The position numbers were made by a program, and so were the translations under genes. Under the pieces are notes generated by a model. The model was not told where the DNA came from. It searched no databases and saw only the letters and a list, made by a program, of their open reading frames with translations. Positions 10,207 through 20,518 of a DNA stretch of 59,712 nt are shown piece by piece (positions within the stretch are counted from its first letter, which is position 1; every line of letters begins with the position of its first letter). The stretch lies in sequence record SRR20825006_884. The stretch is one strand, 5' to 3'.

Positions 10207-11614
10207 ACTTCTCTCTGTATCGCTGGACGACCCGGAGGGCGATCAGGTTAAAGCCGAGTGTAACGACGAAGAGGACAAGTCCCAACGCAAAGGCTGACAG
10301 CGTCTTCGGACTGTCGAACTGCGTCTCCCCCGTCAGAAGTGCCACGATCTGGACCGTAATTGTCGTCAAATCCGTAGACGGATCGAAAGAAATGCGTGCC
10401 CGCTGACCTGCCGCCATAACAACAATCATGGTTTCGCCTATAGCTCGGGAAACGGCCAGCAGCATGGACGCGACAATACCCGGCAAGGCGGCCGGCAAGA
10501 TGATCTGCTTGATCGTCTCCGACTTGGTTGCCCCCATAGCGAACGCAGCATCACGCAAAGTTTGCGGCACGGCATTGATCACGTCATCCGACAAGGATGA
10601 CACAAATGGAATGACCATGACGCCCATGACCAATCCCGCCGCCAGCGCGCTTGTCGGTTGTGCTGCCAGCAAAGGTTCGGACGTGATGCCAATATTGATC
10701 AACAAGCTGTTGATCCCGAGTGCAGCCGCCCTCACACCGGGCGCAATTACCAGAAGCGCAAAGAAACCATACACAACCGTCGGAATGCCGGCGAGCATCT
10801 CCAGCAACGGCTTCGTGTACCGCCGAACGCGCGGGGAGGCATATTCCGACAGGAATATAGCGGCGAACAACCCGATCGGGGCCGCCACCAGCATCGCGAT
10901 CAATGCGATCATGAACGTGCCGAAGAAAAGTGGTAGTGCGCCGAATTCTGCGCTTGTCTGCGCGTTCCACCGCGTGCCAAACAGAAAGTCGGTTATCGGC
11001 ACCTGAGCGAAAAAACGTATGCTTTCATAGAGAAGGGACGCAACGATACCGACTGTGGTGGCGATCGCGATGGCCGCGCACAGGAACAGGAATGCTTCTG
11101 CCCCACGCTCCACTTTGAGCCGGGCCCGAAAAGCTGGAGCGACCTGGCGACGCGCATAGGCGATACCTCCAATCGCAGCCAGAACCATCGCCCCCAGCGT
11201 AGCACCATTCAGACTGCCAGATAATTCAAGGTAGCGGTTCGTAACCGTCGCGAATATGCGGTCTGCGCCAGTATAGCCGCCGGTCCGCGCCGCCGCTGAG
11301 ACAGCTTCCAAATAGGATTGAAGCTCAGCCCTGGAAAATTGACGGAAGCCCTCCGGCAACTCGCTGTCCAGCCACCCGAAGATGGCCGCGCGTGAAAACA
11401 GGATATAGGCCGACGCGATGAATAGCGTGGGCAGCAGGCCCCACATTGCCACATAGTAGCCGTGATAGTTTCCACGTGAATGAAATTTGTGACGGCCCGA
11501 CACCAAGTAACGCTCAGCGCGTATTCGCCCCACAGAAAATCCGGTCGTGACCACGAAGATTATCAGCGCGGTCAGCAACCATCCCATAGGTAGTTGGCCG
11601 AGCTGTTGCACCAT
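10199..11614 (-). CDS. pstC: Phosphate ABC transporter permease PstC
   Basis: KPLLEMLAGIPTVVYGFFA and SRAIGETMIV motifs. Confidence 0.94.
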   Translation of the reverse strand: MVQQLGQLPMGWLLTALIIFVVTTGFSVGRIRAERYLVSGRHKFHSRGNYHGYYVAMWGLLPTLFIASAYILFSRAAIFGWLDSELPEGFRQFSRAELQSYLEAVSAAARTGGYTGADRIFATVTNRYLELSGSLNGATLGAMVLAAIGGIAYARRQVAPAFRARLKVERGAEAFLFLCAAIAIATTVGIVASLLYESIRFFAQVPITDFLFGTRWNAQTSAEFGALPLFFGTFMIALIAMLVAAPIGLFAAIFLSEYASPRVRRYTKPLLEMLAGIPTVVYGFFALLVIAPGVRAAALGINSLLINIGITSEPLLAAQPTSALAAGLVMGVMVIPFVSSLSDDVINAVPQTLRDAAFAMGATKSETIKQIILPAALPGIVASMLLAVSRAIGETMIVVMAAGQRARISFDPSTDLTTITVQIVALLTGETQFDSPKTLSAFALGLVLFVVTLGFNLIALRVVQRYREKYE

Positions 11615-11656
11615 TCAGGCGGTTCCCTTCCATCCGCGCCCAGATAGCCGGGCAAA

Positions 11657-11674
11657 GCTACACTTATATGACAT
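11657..11674 (-). promoter_or_regulatory. Pho box upstream of pstC
   Basis: Minus strand reads ATGTCAT-ATAA-GTGTAGC, matching the CTGTCAT-AWAW-CTGTMAY consensus, about 40 bp upstream of pstC. Confidence 0.75.
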
Positions 11675-11743
11675 ATCTCTGTGGAAATTCATGTAACAGG
11701 TCCTCTCTTGAACAGACAGCACGGATCGGCCACATCATTCGCC

Positions 11744-12301
11744 ATGACGCACGACACTGACAACGCCGCCATTTGGCATGGCACAACCATTCTCGCCGTC
11801 CGCAAGGGCCGAAAACTCGTCATGCTCAGCGATGGGCAGGTTTCGATGGGTCAGACCATCATGAAAGGCAACGCCCGCAAGGTCCGCCGAATCGCTGGCG
11901 GAGACATTCTCGCAGGATTTGCCGGCGCAACTGCGGACGCTTTCACCCTGTTTGAGCGACTTGAAGCCAAATTGGAGCGCCACCCTGGCCAGCTCCAACG
12001 CGCTGCCGTTGAACTTGCCAAGGATTGGCGGACCGAAAAATATCTTCAAAAACTCGAAGCCTTGCTGATCGTGGCCGACAAGGAATCGACACTCGTCATC
12101 ACAGGCGCCGGTGATGTGTTGGAGCCCGAACACAATGTCGTTGCTGTAGGGTCTGGCGGCAATTACGCCCTGGCCGCGGCCCGCGGCCTTTACGACTATG
12201 AGGACGACTCCGAAGAGATCGGCCGCAAAGCAATGCAGATTGCTGCCGACATCTGCGTCTACACCAATAGCCATTTCACGCTGGAAACGCTGGACCTCTA
12301 G
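11744..12301 (+). CDS. hslV: ATP-dependent protease subunit HslV
   Basis: HGTTILAVR (N-terminal Thr nucleophile), [25 protein letters not shown]. Confidence 0.97.
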   Translation: MTHDTDNAAIWHGTTILAVRKGRKLVMLSDGQVSMGQTIMKGNARKVRRIAGGDILAGFAGATADAFTLFERLEAKLERHPGQLQRAAVELAKDWRTEKYLQKLEALLIVADKESTLVITGAGDVLEPEHNVVAVGSGGNYALAAARGLYDYEDDSEEIGRKAMQIAADICVYTNSHFTLETLDL

Positions 12302-12363
12302 GTTCCCGCATTTCGCGCCTTGTTTCACGCTGGCCAAGCGCCAGACCCAGTTCGGAAGTCCTG

Positions 12364-13668
12364 ATGAAAGACCTTACTCCCCGCGAAATTGTCGCAGAAC
12401 TTGACCGCCACATCGTTGGGCAGACTGGCGCGAAGCGCGCAGTTGCCATAGCACTCCGCAATCGCTGGCGCCGGAAACAGGCACCCGACTCGATCCGATC
12501 TGAGATCACGCCAAAGAATATCCTGATGATCGGACCCACGGGCGTCGGCAAGACTGAAGTGTCTCGTCGTCTTGCCCGACTTGCCAATGCGCCTTTCCTG
12601 AAAGTTGAAGCCACAAAGTTCACGGAAGTCGGCTATGTCGGGCGTGATGTGGAACAGATCATCCGCGATCTGGTGGAGTCATCGGTTTCGATGATCCGCG
12701 AACAAAAACGAGAGGGCGTTACGGCGCAGGCGCGAGATGCAGCCGAAGAACGTCTACTCGATGCGCTGGTCGGCGAAGAGGCCCAGTCCTCCACACGCGA
12801 AGTCTTTCGCACCAAACTCCGCGCCGGAGAACTCGACGACAAGCCGGTCGATCTCGACATCGCTGAAACCAACAGCCCGATGCAGATGATGGATATTCCT
12901 GGCCAAGGTGGCTCCATGGGCATGATCAATCTCTCCGACATGCTGGGTAAAGCCATGGGCGGGCGCACGAAGCGTGTGCGAACGACGGTCAAGGAAGCCT
13001 ACCAACCGTTGATCGAGGAAGAAGCTGATCGGTTGCTGGACGAAGACGCGATTGTCCGGGAAGCCGTTCATGCGGTCGAAGAAGATGGGATCGTTTTCCT
13101 GGATGAGATCGACAAAGTTGCCGCCAAACAAGGCCGTGGCGGCGCTGATGTCAGCCGCGAAGGCGTTCAACGCGACCTCTTGCCCCTAATCGAAGGCACC
13201 ACTGTCAGCACCAAGCGCGGCGCCATCAAGACCGACCATATACTCTTTATTGCTTCCGGCGCGTTTCACGTTTCGAAACCGTCTGACCTCCTGCCCGAAC
13301 TGCAGGGGCGCCTCCCCATCCGCGTCGAACTCGACGCTCTGACACGGGATGATTTACGTCGTATTCTGGTAGAGCCCGAAGCCAGCCTGATCCGCCAGTA
13401 TCAAGCCCTGATGGAAGCTGAAGGCGTCACACTGGAATTCGAAGACGCTGCCATCGACCGCCTTGCCGATCTTGCCGAGGCCGTGAACAGCAGCGTGGAA
13501 AATATCGGCGCCCGTCGCCTGCAAACAGTCCTGGAGCGCCTGCTGGACGAAATCAGCTTCGAGGCGCCCGACAAGTCAGGCGAGACCATCACGATCACGC
13601 CCGACTATGTGAATAAGCGTGTCGAGAGCCTGGCTGGAGATGCCGACCTCTCGAAATTCATTCTCTAG
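12364..13668 (+). CDS. hslU: ATP-dependent protease ATPase subunit HslU
   Basis: [46 protein letters not shown]-terminal LSKFIL. Confidence 0.98.
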   Translation: MKDLTPREIVAELDRHIVGQTGAKRAVAIALRNRWRRKQAPDSIRSEITPKNILMIGPTGVGKTEVSRRLARLANAPFLKVEATKFTEVGYVGRDVEQIIRDLVESSVSMIREQKREGVTAQARDAAEERLLDALVGEEAQSSTREVFRTKLRAGELDDKPVDLDIAETNSPMQMMDIPGQGGSMGMINLSDMLGKAMGGRTKRVRTTVKEAYQPLIEEEADRLLDEDAIVREAVHAVEEDGIVFLDEIDKVAAKQGRGGADVSREGVQRDLLPLIEGTTVSTKRGAIKTDHILFIASGAFHVSKPSDLLPELQGRLPIRVELDALTRDDLRRILVEPEASLIRQYQALMEAEGVTLEFEDAAIDRLADLAEAVNSSVENIGARRLQTVLERLLDEISFEAPDKSGETITITPDYVNKRVESLAGDADLSKFIL

Positions 13669-14468
13669 ACGTTTACGCGGGACAGCAGCTCAACGGTCTG
13701 GCCGTACCCCTCCACGTCTGGAATGATCAGACACGGCTCGCCTTCGGGTGTCTCTGACTGCTGCGGTTTGACGGTTATAACGGTTTCGCGGCCAAATCGC
13801 TCGACCGCATCGGCCACAGAACTGGCCGTTGCGAACTTTTTCAAATTCATCCGGGTGGGGAAGATGATAATAGCCTCACCGGCCTCCTCTGCATCCAGTG
13901 CGGCTTGCGCCCCAATCCACACAGAGTCCGTTGTCTCGCGGCCATCATGGGCGGCAATCTGATCTGGCGGTGCAGGCGCAACATAGAAATGCGTATCAAA
14001 GCGCTTGGGCATCATGTCGGGTGTGATCCAGTGCCCAAAGTAAACGAGACTATCGAGCGCGAGCACGAGATCATTGTCGCGTATCAGCTCCAGAAAGCTC
14101 TGCTCGCCCCGGTCTACAGCTGACCGGAATGGATCCAGTTTTTCCGCCATGTCAGGGCCAACCAGCGGCTGATTGGTACCACGCTGCGCGCGCGGGCGCG
14201 CCAGCAACAGGCCCGACTCCTCATAAGCTTCGCGCACCGCCGCGATACGCGCGTCCTGCTGCACCGGCCCGAAATCGCCATCGGTGTAGGGATCCCAATC
14301 CGCACTTGCATCTTCCGCATTTGCCTTGCCACCTGGGAAGACGAGCGCGCCCGCAGCAAAGTCGATCTGATAGTGGCGTTTCACCATCAGCACTTCGGGA
14401 ATGTTTGCTCCATCTCGAACGATGAGCACTGTGGCCGAGAGTCTTGGTGCGTCGGGCTGCGTTGTCAT
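13665..14468 (-). CDS. NUDIX hydrolase
   Basis: VFPGG...[11 protein letters not shown] Nudix box, plus [13 protein letters not shown] typical of this subfamily. Confidence 0.88.
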   Translation of the reverse strand: MTTQPDAPRLSATVLIVRDGANIPEVLMVKRHYQIDFAAGALVFPGGKANAEDASADWDPYTDGDFGPVQQDARIAAVREAYEESGLLLARPRAQRGTNQPLVGPDMAEKLDPFRSAVDRGEQSFLELIRDNDLVLALDSLVYFGHWITPDMMPKRFDTHFYVAPAPPDQIAAHDGRETTDSVWIGAQAALDAEEAGEAIIIFPTRMNLKKFATASSVADAVERFGRETVITVKPQQSETPEGEPCLIIPDVEGYGQTVELLSRVNV

Positions 14469-14590
14469 TTTCTTATGGTCCCGTATTTTTCTGTCAAATT
14501 TCCTCAAAATCCCAATGGATTTCTGCGCGTGATCTTCAATCCTCTCCCTTAGGTAAGGCAATAGGCACGGTCAGAAAGACGGGAAGAGTG

Positions 14591-15271
14591 ATGCGGGAAT
14601 TGCTTCAAACGAAAGTTGTCGCCCACAGTGGACAGAAGGTCCATCTCCGCTTCCAGCCTGTCATGCATGTGCTCGACGGTACCTCGTTTGGTACGGTCTG
14701 CGAGATGTCCAAGCGGTTTGAAGAGAAGGCCGCCTTCGGCCCGGCCGCCGCTACTCAGTCAGCAACAGGCCCAGCCAAATGGCTTGCTGATCGTCTTCTC
14801 GAAGTCGCCAGCGCGGCGCATACATTTGACAATCGGATGCGCCCAATCATTGTGCCGGCCCCGGCAGCAGCGCTTGGGGATGACAACACAGCTGTAGGCT
14901 GTGATGCCGCGATCCGCCGAACGACCCTCTGCCAACAAGAAATCAGTCTCGAATTCCAGGATTCTGTCTTCGCCGATGGGCGCACGGAGGCGATCCACAG
15001 CGTGGCAAGTCTCCGCAAGCGCGGCTTTCGCGTATCAATCGATATGCGTAAATCGTGGCAGACCCAATTGCGCGATGGCCTCGGTCTGATGATCGATAGT
15101 ATCCGAGTGGATGCCCGAGAACTGCAAATCAATGAAGAGCTGATGGATTTGTGCGAATTTGCCAGCGCCGCCGGTATTCTCGTCATCGCCGACAAGGCGA
15201 ATTGGCGTGATGGAGCGTTTTTCGACAGTCTGGGTGTCCAGGCGGGCGTCCGAATGCGCACCGACTGCTAG
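14591..15271 (+). CDS. Degenerate EAL-domain protein
   Basis: LRFQPV, ISLEF and GFRVSID resemble the EAL fold, but the EAL and DDFGTG motifs are absent. Confidence 0.6.
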   Translation: MRELLQTKVVAHSGQKVHLRFQPVMHVLDGTSFGTVCEMSKRFEEKAAFGPAAATQSATGPAKWLADRLLEVASAAHTFDNRMRPIIVPAPAAALGDDNTAVGCDAAIRRTTLCQQEISLEFQDSVFADGRTEAIHSVASLRKRGFRVSIDMRKSWQTQLRDGLGLMIDSIRVDARELQINEELMDLCEFASAAGILVIADKANWRDGAFFDSLGVQAGVRMRTDC

Positions 15272-16428
15272 GCGACATCTACCGTACCGCTGGCTTCGTC
15301 CATCGCCGCCATTTCCGAATAATAGTCCAGTTTCTCAAGCAGATAGTCGAGGTCTTCCTTCGGGATGGCCTGGAACTGGGTCAATACACGTTCGATCATG
15401 CGCGCGCGGAATCGGGCCCGATCATTTGGTCCACCGTCATGCGTTGTCTCATGGAAAACATTCACAGCGGCCCGGAACGCGGGCAGCATTTTCCGGGGCA
15501 TACCGGCTCTATCGAATACAGCCTGTAGCCCCAACGGCCCCGCATCATGGATCATCAACCAAACGCGCTGGTGGCCCACACCAGACAATTCCGCCAGCGA
15601 ATGCTCAACGAACGGCATCTGGCCACAGCAGAGCGCCCGCATAATCAGTGAATGCGTCAACCGTCCATTCAGGTGCAGTTGCGAGACGAAACGCGGTAAA
15701 TCATAAGTTCGCCCCGCCTGCTCTACCAGATCAATCGTTGCCCGCTCACGCGATGCCGAGGCGAGGTCGATCGCCATTTGTGCCGGAAGCTCGTGGCGAT
15801 TGACCAGCAGGTCAAACAACTGGCCAGAAACCAGCGAAACCATCTTTTCGGCGATATGGGTGGGGATGTATTCGCGACTGATAAAGCCCTTTTGCACATC
15901 CTCATCAGACCCAAACCGGCGGATCGAGTTGTCATAAGCGGCGTCCGTAAACTCCGCCCCTTCATTTGCGGACAACATCCGCACGGCCTCAACCGTTCCA
16001 TGCTCGGAAATCACGTCTGTCAGTGTCGTCGACAGGGTTTCACGATTGGCAATTGCGGCCTGTTTTGCCGCGGTGACGGACAGGACAAGTTCAATCAGAT
16101 CCTCTTCGGTAAACACCGGCGAGTCCTGCAGTACGGGAATGGCTACAGCCTCGATATCCTGCGCCAGCTTCAAGGCGATCTCTCGTGGCAAAATCGGCGA
16201 GTTTCGTAACGTGACAGACAAGGTGCGCCGCACCAGATCCGCCGCATCATCCGCGAGTATTCCCATGATTTCCTGTGCATATTCGCGCTCGGAATCACTC
16301 AGCACATCCAGAGCGATCCGGCGACACAACCGATGGGCAACCGATGCCCGATCTTCGGGTGTTTCACCCTTGATCAGTCTGTGGATGTCCTGTTCGTTCA
16401 GTTGTGGGCGAATACTCTGGACGCTCAT
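15268..16428 (-). CDS. DUF2336 domain protein (SpbR-like polar protein family)
   Basis: LPREIALKLAQDIEAVAIPVLQDSPVFTEEDL and LHLNGRLTHSLIMRALCCG patterns. Confidence 0.82.
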   Translation of the reverse strand: MSVQSIRPQLNEQDIHRLIKGETPEDRASVAHRLCRRIALDVLSDSEREYAQEIMGILADDAADLVRRTLSVTLRNSPILPREIALKLAQDIEAVAIPVLQDSPVFTEEDLIELVLSVTAAKQAAIANRETLSTTLTDVISEHGTVEAVRMLSANEGAEFTDAAYDNSIRRFGSDEDVQKGFISREYIPTHIAEKMVSLVSGQLFDLLVNRHELPAQMAIDLASASRERATIDLVEQAGRTYDLPRFVSQLHLNGRLTHSLIMRALCCGQMPFVEHSLAELSGVGHQRVWLMIHDAGPLGLQAVFDRAGMPRKMLPAFRAAVNVFHETTHDGGPNDRARFRARMIERVLTQFQAIPKEDLDYLLEKLDYYSEMAAMDEASGTVDVA

Positions 16429-16476
16429 CTTCTGATGCCTCTTATTTTCGATTCGATACAAACTCGCGGTATGCGG

Positions 16477-16492
16477 TTAACATCCGGTTTAC
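16477..16492. promoter_or_regulatory. Putative CtrA binding site
   Basis: TTAA-CATCCGG-TTTAC, close to TTAA-N7-TTAAC, about 50 bp upstream of the DUF2336 gene. Confidence 0.55.
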
Positions 16493-16512
16493 CTATTGGG
16501 GTTCGCCACATG

Positions 16513-16541
16513 AAAAAAGCCAGCCCCTGCGGACTGGCTTT
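16513..16541 (-). terminator. Rho-independent terminator of tig
   Basis: AAAGCCAG...CTGGCTTT stem with an A6 tract, downstream of the tig stop. Confidence 0.8.
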
Positions 16542-16569
16542 CATCAGATTTCGTCTACTGGCGTGAAGA

Positions 16570-17919
16570 CTACTCGTCTTCTTCCTTGAACAGGTCTTCG
16601 CGGGACACCGTTTCCTCGGTGATTTCAGCGACTTCCAGAATATGGTCGACGACCTTGTCTTCGTAGATCGGTGCGCGCAGCTGGGCCATCGCGCCAGGAT
16701 TGTTGCGGAAGAATTCCACCACCTGCGTTTCCTGACCTGGATACTGGCGTGCTTCGCGGACCAGAGCCTGGTTCACTTCCTGCTCGGAAATGCGAACGTC
16801 GGCCACGCGGCCGATCTCGGCGAGGACCAGACCGAGGCGCACGCGACGCTCTGCGATCTTGCGATACTCTTCCTTGAGTTCGTCTTCCGACTTGTCCTTG
16901 TCTTCGTCAGCGGTGCGGCCCGCATCCATCTCCGACTGCAGTTGCTGCCAGATCTGATTGAACTCCTGCTCCACCATGTTTGGTGGCAGGTCGAAGCTGT
17001 GAGCCTCATCCAGCTGGTCAAGCAGGTTACGCTTCGCTTTGGCGCGGGACGCACCGTCATGCTCAGCTTTCAACTGGTCTTTCACAAGGCCGGTCAGCTG
17101 CTCAAGGCTTTCCAGACCGAGGCCCTTGGCGAATTCGTCGTCGAGTTCAGCCGTTTTTGGCGCGCGAACTTCGTGCACTTTCACTTCGAAGACAGCTTCC
17201 TTGCCGGCAAGGTCAGCGGCGCCGTACTCTTCCGGGAACGTTACGGTCACGTCTTTTTCGTCACCCGCCTTCACGCCGACCAGTTGGTCTTCGAAGCCCG
17301 GGATGAACTGGCCGGAACCAATGACCAGTGTCTGCTGCTCGGCGCTACCACCTTCAAAGGCTTCGCCATCGATCTTGCCCACGAAATCCATGACGACTGC
17401 GTCGCCTTCCTTGGCTTTCGCCGTCTTGGCGCGCGGTTCATACTGTGTGTTCTGTTCGGCGATACGGCCAAGCGCTTCGTCGATCTGTTCCTGAGCGACG
17501 TCCGCGACGGGGCGCGTGATGGTCAGCTTGGTCACATCGGCCGGCTCGAATTCCGGCATCACATCGACATTCATGTTGTAGGACAGGTCGGCTTGGCCCT
17601 TGACCACAGCTTCCATGTCGCCGTCGATCTGGACGTCTGGCTGGCCAGCCGGGCGCAGCTCATTGTCTTCAAGCGCCTTCTGGTTGGTCTCGGTGACCAG
17701 CTTGTTGATCAGCTCGCCCATCAGGTCCTGGCCGTACAGCTTGCGGACATGGGATGCGGGCACTTTGCCCGGACGGAAGCCCTTGAGCTTCATTTGCGGC
17801 CGGATTTCTTCAATCCGCTCGTCGAGTTTGGCCTGCAGTTCCGAGGCCGGCACTTTAACGGCGAACGTGCGGCTAAGACCTTCTGCCTTGGTCTGGGTAA
17901 CTTCCATCGGTTCAATCAT
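16570..17919 (-). CDS. tig: Trigger factor
   Basis: GFRPGKVP ribosome-binding motif, FKBP domain (FIPGFEDQL), ERRVRLGL; the start may be the ATG at 17907. Confidence 0.97.
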   Translation of the reverse strand: MIEPMEVTQTKAEGLSRTFAVKVPASELQAKLDERIEEIRPQMKLKGFRPGKVPASHVRKLYGQDLMGELINKLVTETNQKALEDNELRPAGQPDVQIDGDMEAVVKGQADLSYNMNVDVMPEFEPADVTKLTITRPVADVAQEQIDEALGRIAEQNTQYEPRAKTAKAKEGDAVVMDFVGKIDGEAFEGGSAEQQTLVIGSGQFIPGFEDQLVGVKAGDEKDVTVTFPEEYGAADLAGKEAVFEVKVHEVRAPKTAELDDEFAKGLGLESLEQLTGLVKDQLKAEHDGASRAKAKRNLLDQLDEAHSFDLPPNMVEQEFNQIWQQLQSEMDAGRTADEDKDKSEDELKEEYRKIAERRVRLGLVLAEIGRVADVRISEQEVNQALVREARQYPGQETQVVEFFRNNPGAMAQLRAPIYEDKVVDHILEVAEITEETVSREDLFKEEDE

Positions 17920-18125
17920 CCGTATCTTGGGTCACGGGCGCAAGAAATGCGCGCGGGCGCCCTGTGAATCCTGTCTGAAGGGGCGGCTTATGTCATAGCC
18001 GAAAGCCCCTGTCCACGTTGGACTATAAGCGTATTACAGCACTTTCGGTCGCCTCCTGACCAGAAAGCCCAATTCGAACAGATTCAGAGCCACAGAGAGG
18101 CCCCGGAACCGCCCGCGAGCAATGG

Positions 18126-18159
18126 AAAAAGGCCCGTGCGCACAGGACGAACGGGCCTT
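18126..18159 (-). terminator. Rho-independent terminator downstream of the hfa-like operon
   Basis: AAGGCCCGT...ACGGGCCTT stem with an A5 tract; a second long hairpin lies at 18187-18235. Confidence 0.7.
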
Positions 18160-18243
18160 GGACCAAAGAGCACTTTATCTATCAATGAGGGCGCCGAACT
18201 TGCATTCGGGGGACTGACGGCAGTCCGGCGCCCTCTTCCACAC

Positions 18244-19158
18244 CTACTGAACGGAGATGTTCACCGAGTTGCCGATGGATGCAGCGGTGGCTGCGGCCTC
18301 GGCACCATGGGACACCTGGGCAGCAAGTGCAGAAATCTGATGGCCAGAATTCGCCTGTCTGACGCGAGTCAGGCCGTTGCCCACGACATCAGAGTTCAGG
18401 CTGGTGAGCGATGCGGAATTACCGATCGCAGCTGCGGTGGCTGTTCCGTCAGCAAAGCCAACCAAACGACCGTTCAATTCGGCGACCATCGTACCGGAAT
18501 TGTACTGCTGCGCAGTCATGCTGCCGCTTCCCGGGATCTCAACGGATAGCGAATTGCCGATCGACGCCGCAGTTGCGGTGGCTTCAGTTATCTCACTGAT
18601 CGTCGCATTCATCTGAGTGGTCATGTATCCGCTGTTCGATTGCGTTGAGCGGCTTGCGAGTGTGCTGGCTTCTGACGTGACCGATGCAGTATTGCCGATG
18701 GCAGCTGCCGTCGCTGTTGCGATACCGGAATTCTCGATGTTCACATTGGCATTGGCATAGGCTGCACCTGAATTGCCTTGGTTGACCGATGAGACGGCAT
18801 CGGCAACCGAGTCGATCGAATAGGAATTGCCGATTGTCGCAGCCGTGCCGGTGACTTCACCCATCGCACCGCTGAGAAGGTTGAGAGTTGCACTCTGATT
18901 GCCGCTGTTGACCTGACGCGTTGCGTAGTCAACTGCGTTGGCGGCGGCATCGGACACGTCACCAAGAGCTGAATCGCCCAGCACGTCCAAATCGGCATCA
19001 ACCAAACTGTCGCCACCAATGTCGACAGAGGCATCGACGACGTCTCCAATGCCGAGATCGACATCGACTGGACCTCTGCCATTATTGTTGCCGCGGTCGG
19101 CGACCGCCTGTTCGCACAGAATGAGGGCAGAAGCGAAGAAAAGAGCAGACCGTTTCAT
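18244..19158 (-). CDS. Secreted HfaD-like holdfast-anchor / amyloid-like repeat protein
   Basis: Signal peptide; five repeats of QxNSG...TAA(A/S/T)IGN(S/T); Ala/Ser/Asn/Gly-rich; third gene after hfaA- and hfaB-like genes. Confidence 0.75.
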   Translation of the reverse strand: MKRSALFFASALILCEQAVADRGNNNGRGPVDVDLGIGDVVDASVDIGGDSLVDADLDVLGDSALGDVSDAAANAVDYATRQVNSGNQSATLNLLSGAMGEVTGTAATIGNSYSIDSVADAVSSVNQGNSGAAYANANVNIENSGIATATAAAIGNTASVTSEASTLASRSTQSNSGYMTTQMNATISEITEATATAASIGNSLSVEIPGSGSMTAQQYNSGTMVAELNGRLVGFADGTATAAAIGNSASLTSLNSDVVGNGLTRVRQANSGHQISALAAQVSHGAEAAATAASIGNSVNISVQ

Positions 19159-19170
19159 GAATATTCTCCT

Positions 19171-20025
19171 TTAATGATTAGTCTGTTGAAAGGCAGGCAC
19201 GTCCGACATGACGAACTCTGCTTGAGAGCAGGCTTGCACGGACGGACCGGCGATACCTGAGACGAGATCGAAAACGGCGCTTTCGACGATCGTTCGGATT
19301 GCAGTGTGCACAGGCTCCTGAGCGCGCTCGCCCATGCCAATGTCGATGGTTGTGTCCCCAATGAATTCGAACACACCCGCGCGAATTTCGCGCCCGCGAA
19401 TTATTTTCCGTTGGCTGACCAGATTTACCACGCTCAAATCAGTGGCATTGACCAGACGGAGGTCCAGGGCGACAGTCATTGCATAGTGGCGTTCACCACC
19501 TACAACAGGCCCTATACGTGCTTCGCGAACATCGCTGTGCACGTTGAAATTCAGTTCCGTGATACCGCCGAGCAGGATGTAGTCGCTGCCGGCAATCGAA
19601 CCTGTGAATACTTTGCGGTAGTCTTCGGTTGGTTCGCCAGCTTCACTGATTAACCGATTGTTTGCGAATTCCAGCTCCTGCTCGGCGACCGCCGTATCCA
19701 GACGTTCAGCCAGTGGAAAACCAGCCTGGCTCACTGCCGACATCACCATCAGAGAGGCGCCCTGCGTGGCCACTGCGCCTTCGAAAGTTGAAAATCTTCC
19801 GGTCATGTCGCGAATGTCGCCCACGGCAATTCGTGGTTTCTCCGCCGGCGTGCTCCACTTCATGCAGCTGAGCTGGCCCGAATACGCAGTGGAGCTATCT
19901 TCCACGATTGCGCCCGTCGACAAGTAGTCGGGATTGGAGACGATTCCTTCCATCGACGTGCAAGCCGTCGAAAAGACCAGACCTGCGCCGATCAGAAACG
20001 TGCGAAATGCTTTTCGATAGGTCAT
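19171..20025 (-). CDS. hfaB: HfaB / CsgG-family outer-membrane secretion lipoprotein
   Basis: Lipobox STAC; IAVGDIRDMTG, TQGASLMVMSA, ERLD, GGITELNFN, VALDLRLV, AQEPV. Confidence 0.85.
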   Translation of the reverse strand: MTYRKAFRTFLIGAGLVFSTACTSMEGIVSNPDYLSTGAIVEDSSTAYSGQLSCMKWSTPAEKPRIAVGDIRDMTGRFSTFEGAVATQGASLMVMSAVSQAGFPLAERLDTAVAEQELEFANNRLISEAGEPTEDYRKVFTGSIAGSDYILLGGITELNFNVHSDVREARIGPVVGGERHYAMTVALDLRLVNATDLSVVNLVSQRKIIRGREIRAGVFEFIGDTTIDIGMGERAQEPVHTAIRTIVESAVFDLVSGIAGPSVQACSQAEFVMSDVPAFQQTNH

Positions 20026-20027
20026 GA

Positions 20028-20414
20028 TCAGTCACTCCCACTCGTTGGAAGGTGAGCGACGATTGCGGTCTGGTTCCCCGTGCTGATTTGGGAGGCATCC
20101 ACCATCACGGTGTTGTTGTTGCCTTCAATATCCACACTGATCATGTTGCCGATTGCGGTAGCACTACCGCCAGTTGTTGTACCTGACCATGACGGCATCA
20201 TCGCACGCGTGCTCCCGAAGGAACCGTTGGTAGCTGAGGATCTGGACCCCCCGCCGGCGACGATGACGCGATTGGCCTGGGCATCGCGGCTGAAGCCTAG
20301 CGGCGTATCTGACCATCCGCCGGCTTCCATGCTTATCTGAGCCGAAGCCGGGATAGCAGACACAAGCGATGCAGAAATCGCAATTGCTTGTAGTTTCAGT
20401 TTCAAATTCGTCAT
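20028..20414 (-). CDS. hfaA: HfaA-like holdfast anchoring protein
   Basis: Signal peptide; RDAQANRVIV and C-terminal SATAIGNMISVDIEGNNNTVMVDASQISTGNQTA typical of HfaA. Confidence 0.8.
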   Translation of the reverse strand: MTNLKLKLQAIAISASLVSAIPASAQISMEAGGWSDTPLGFSRDAQANRVIVAGGGSRSSATNGSFGSTRAMMPSWSGTTTGGSATAIGNMISVDIEGNNNTVMVDASQISTGNQTAIVAHLPTSGSD

Positions 20415-20518
20415 TTCGTATCCCCGAATGAGTACCAAGCTCGAGGACACAATCGACCTTTATTGTGGCGCGGTATATTCTCCGGAAGGACGGTCTTGCA
20501 GCGCAAAGGGCGGGGCCG

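Noticed and set aside
16642-17967. 441-aa ORF antisense to tig (also similar long antisense ORFs over phaZ, pstC, hslV and nasA)
   Set aside because: Shadow ORFs expected from high-GC codon bias opposite well-supported genes; no recognisable motifs or RBS
17920-18243. Possible tRNA or ncRNA upstream of tig (a tRNA-Leu often lies here)
   Set aside because: No cloverleaf, T-loop or CCA end seen; the hairpins are explained by terminators of the hfa-like operon and the tig promoter region
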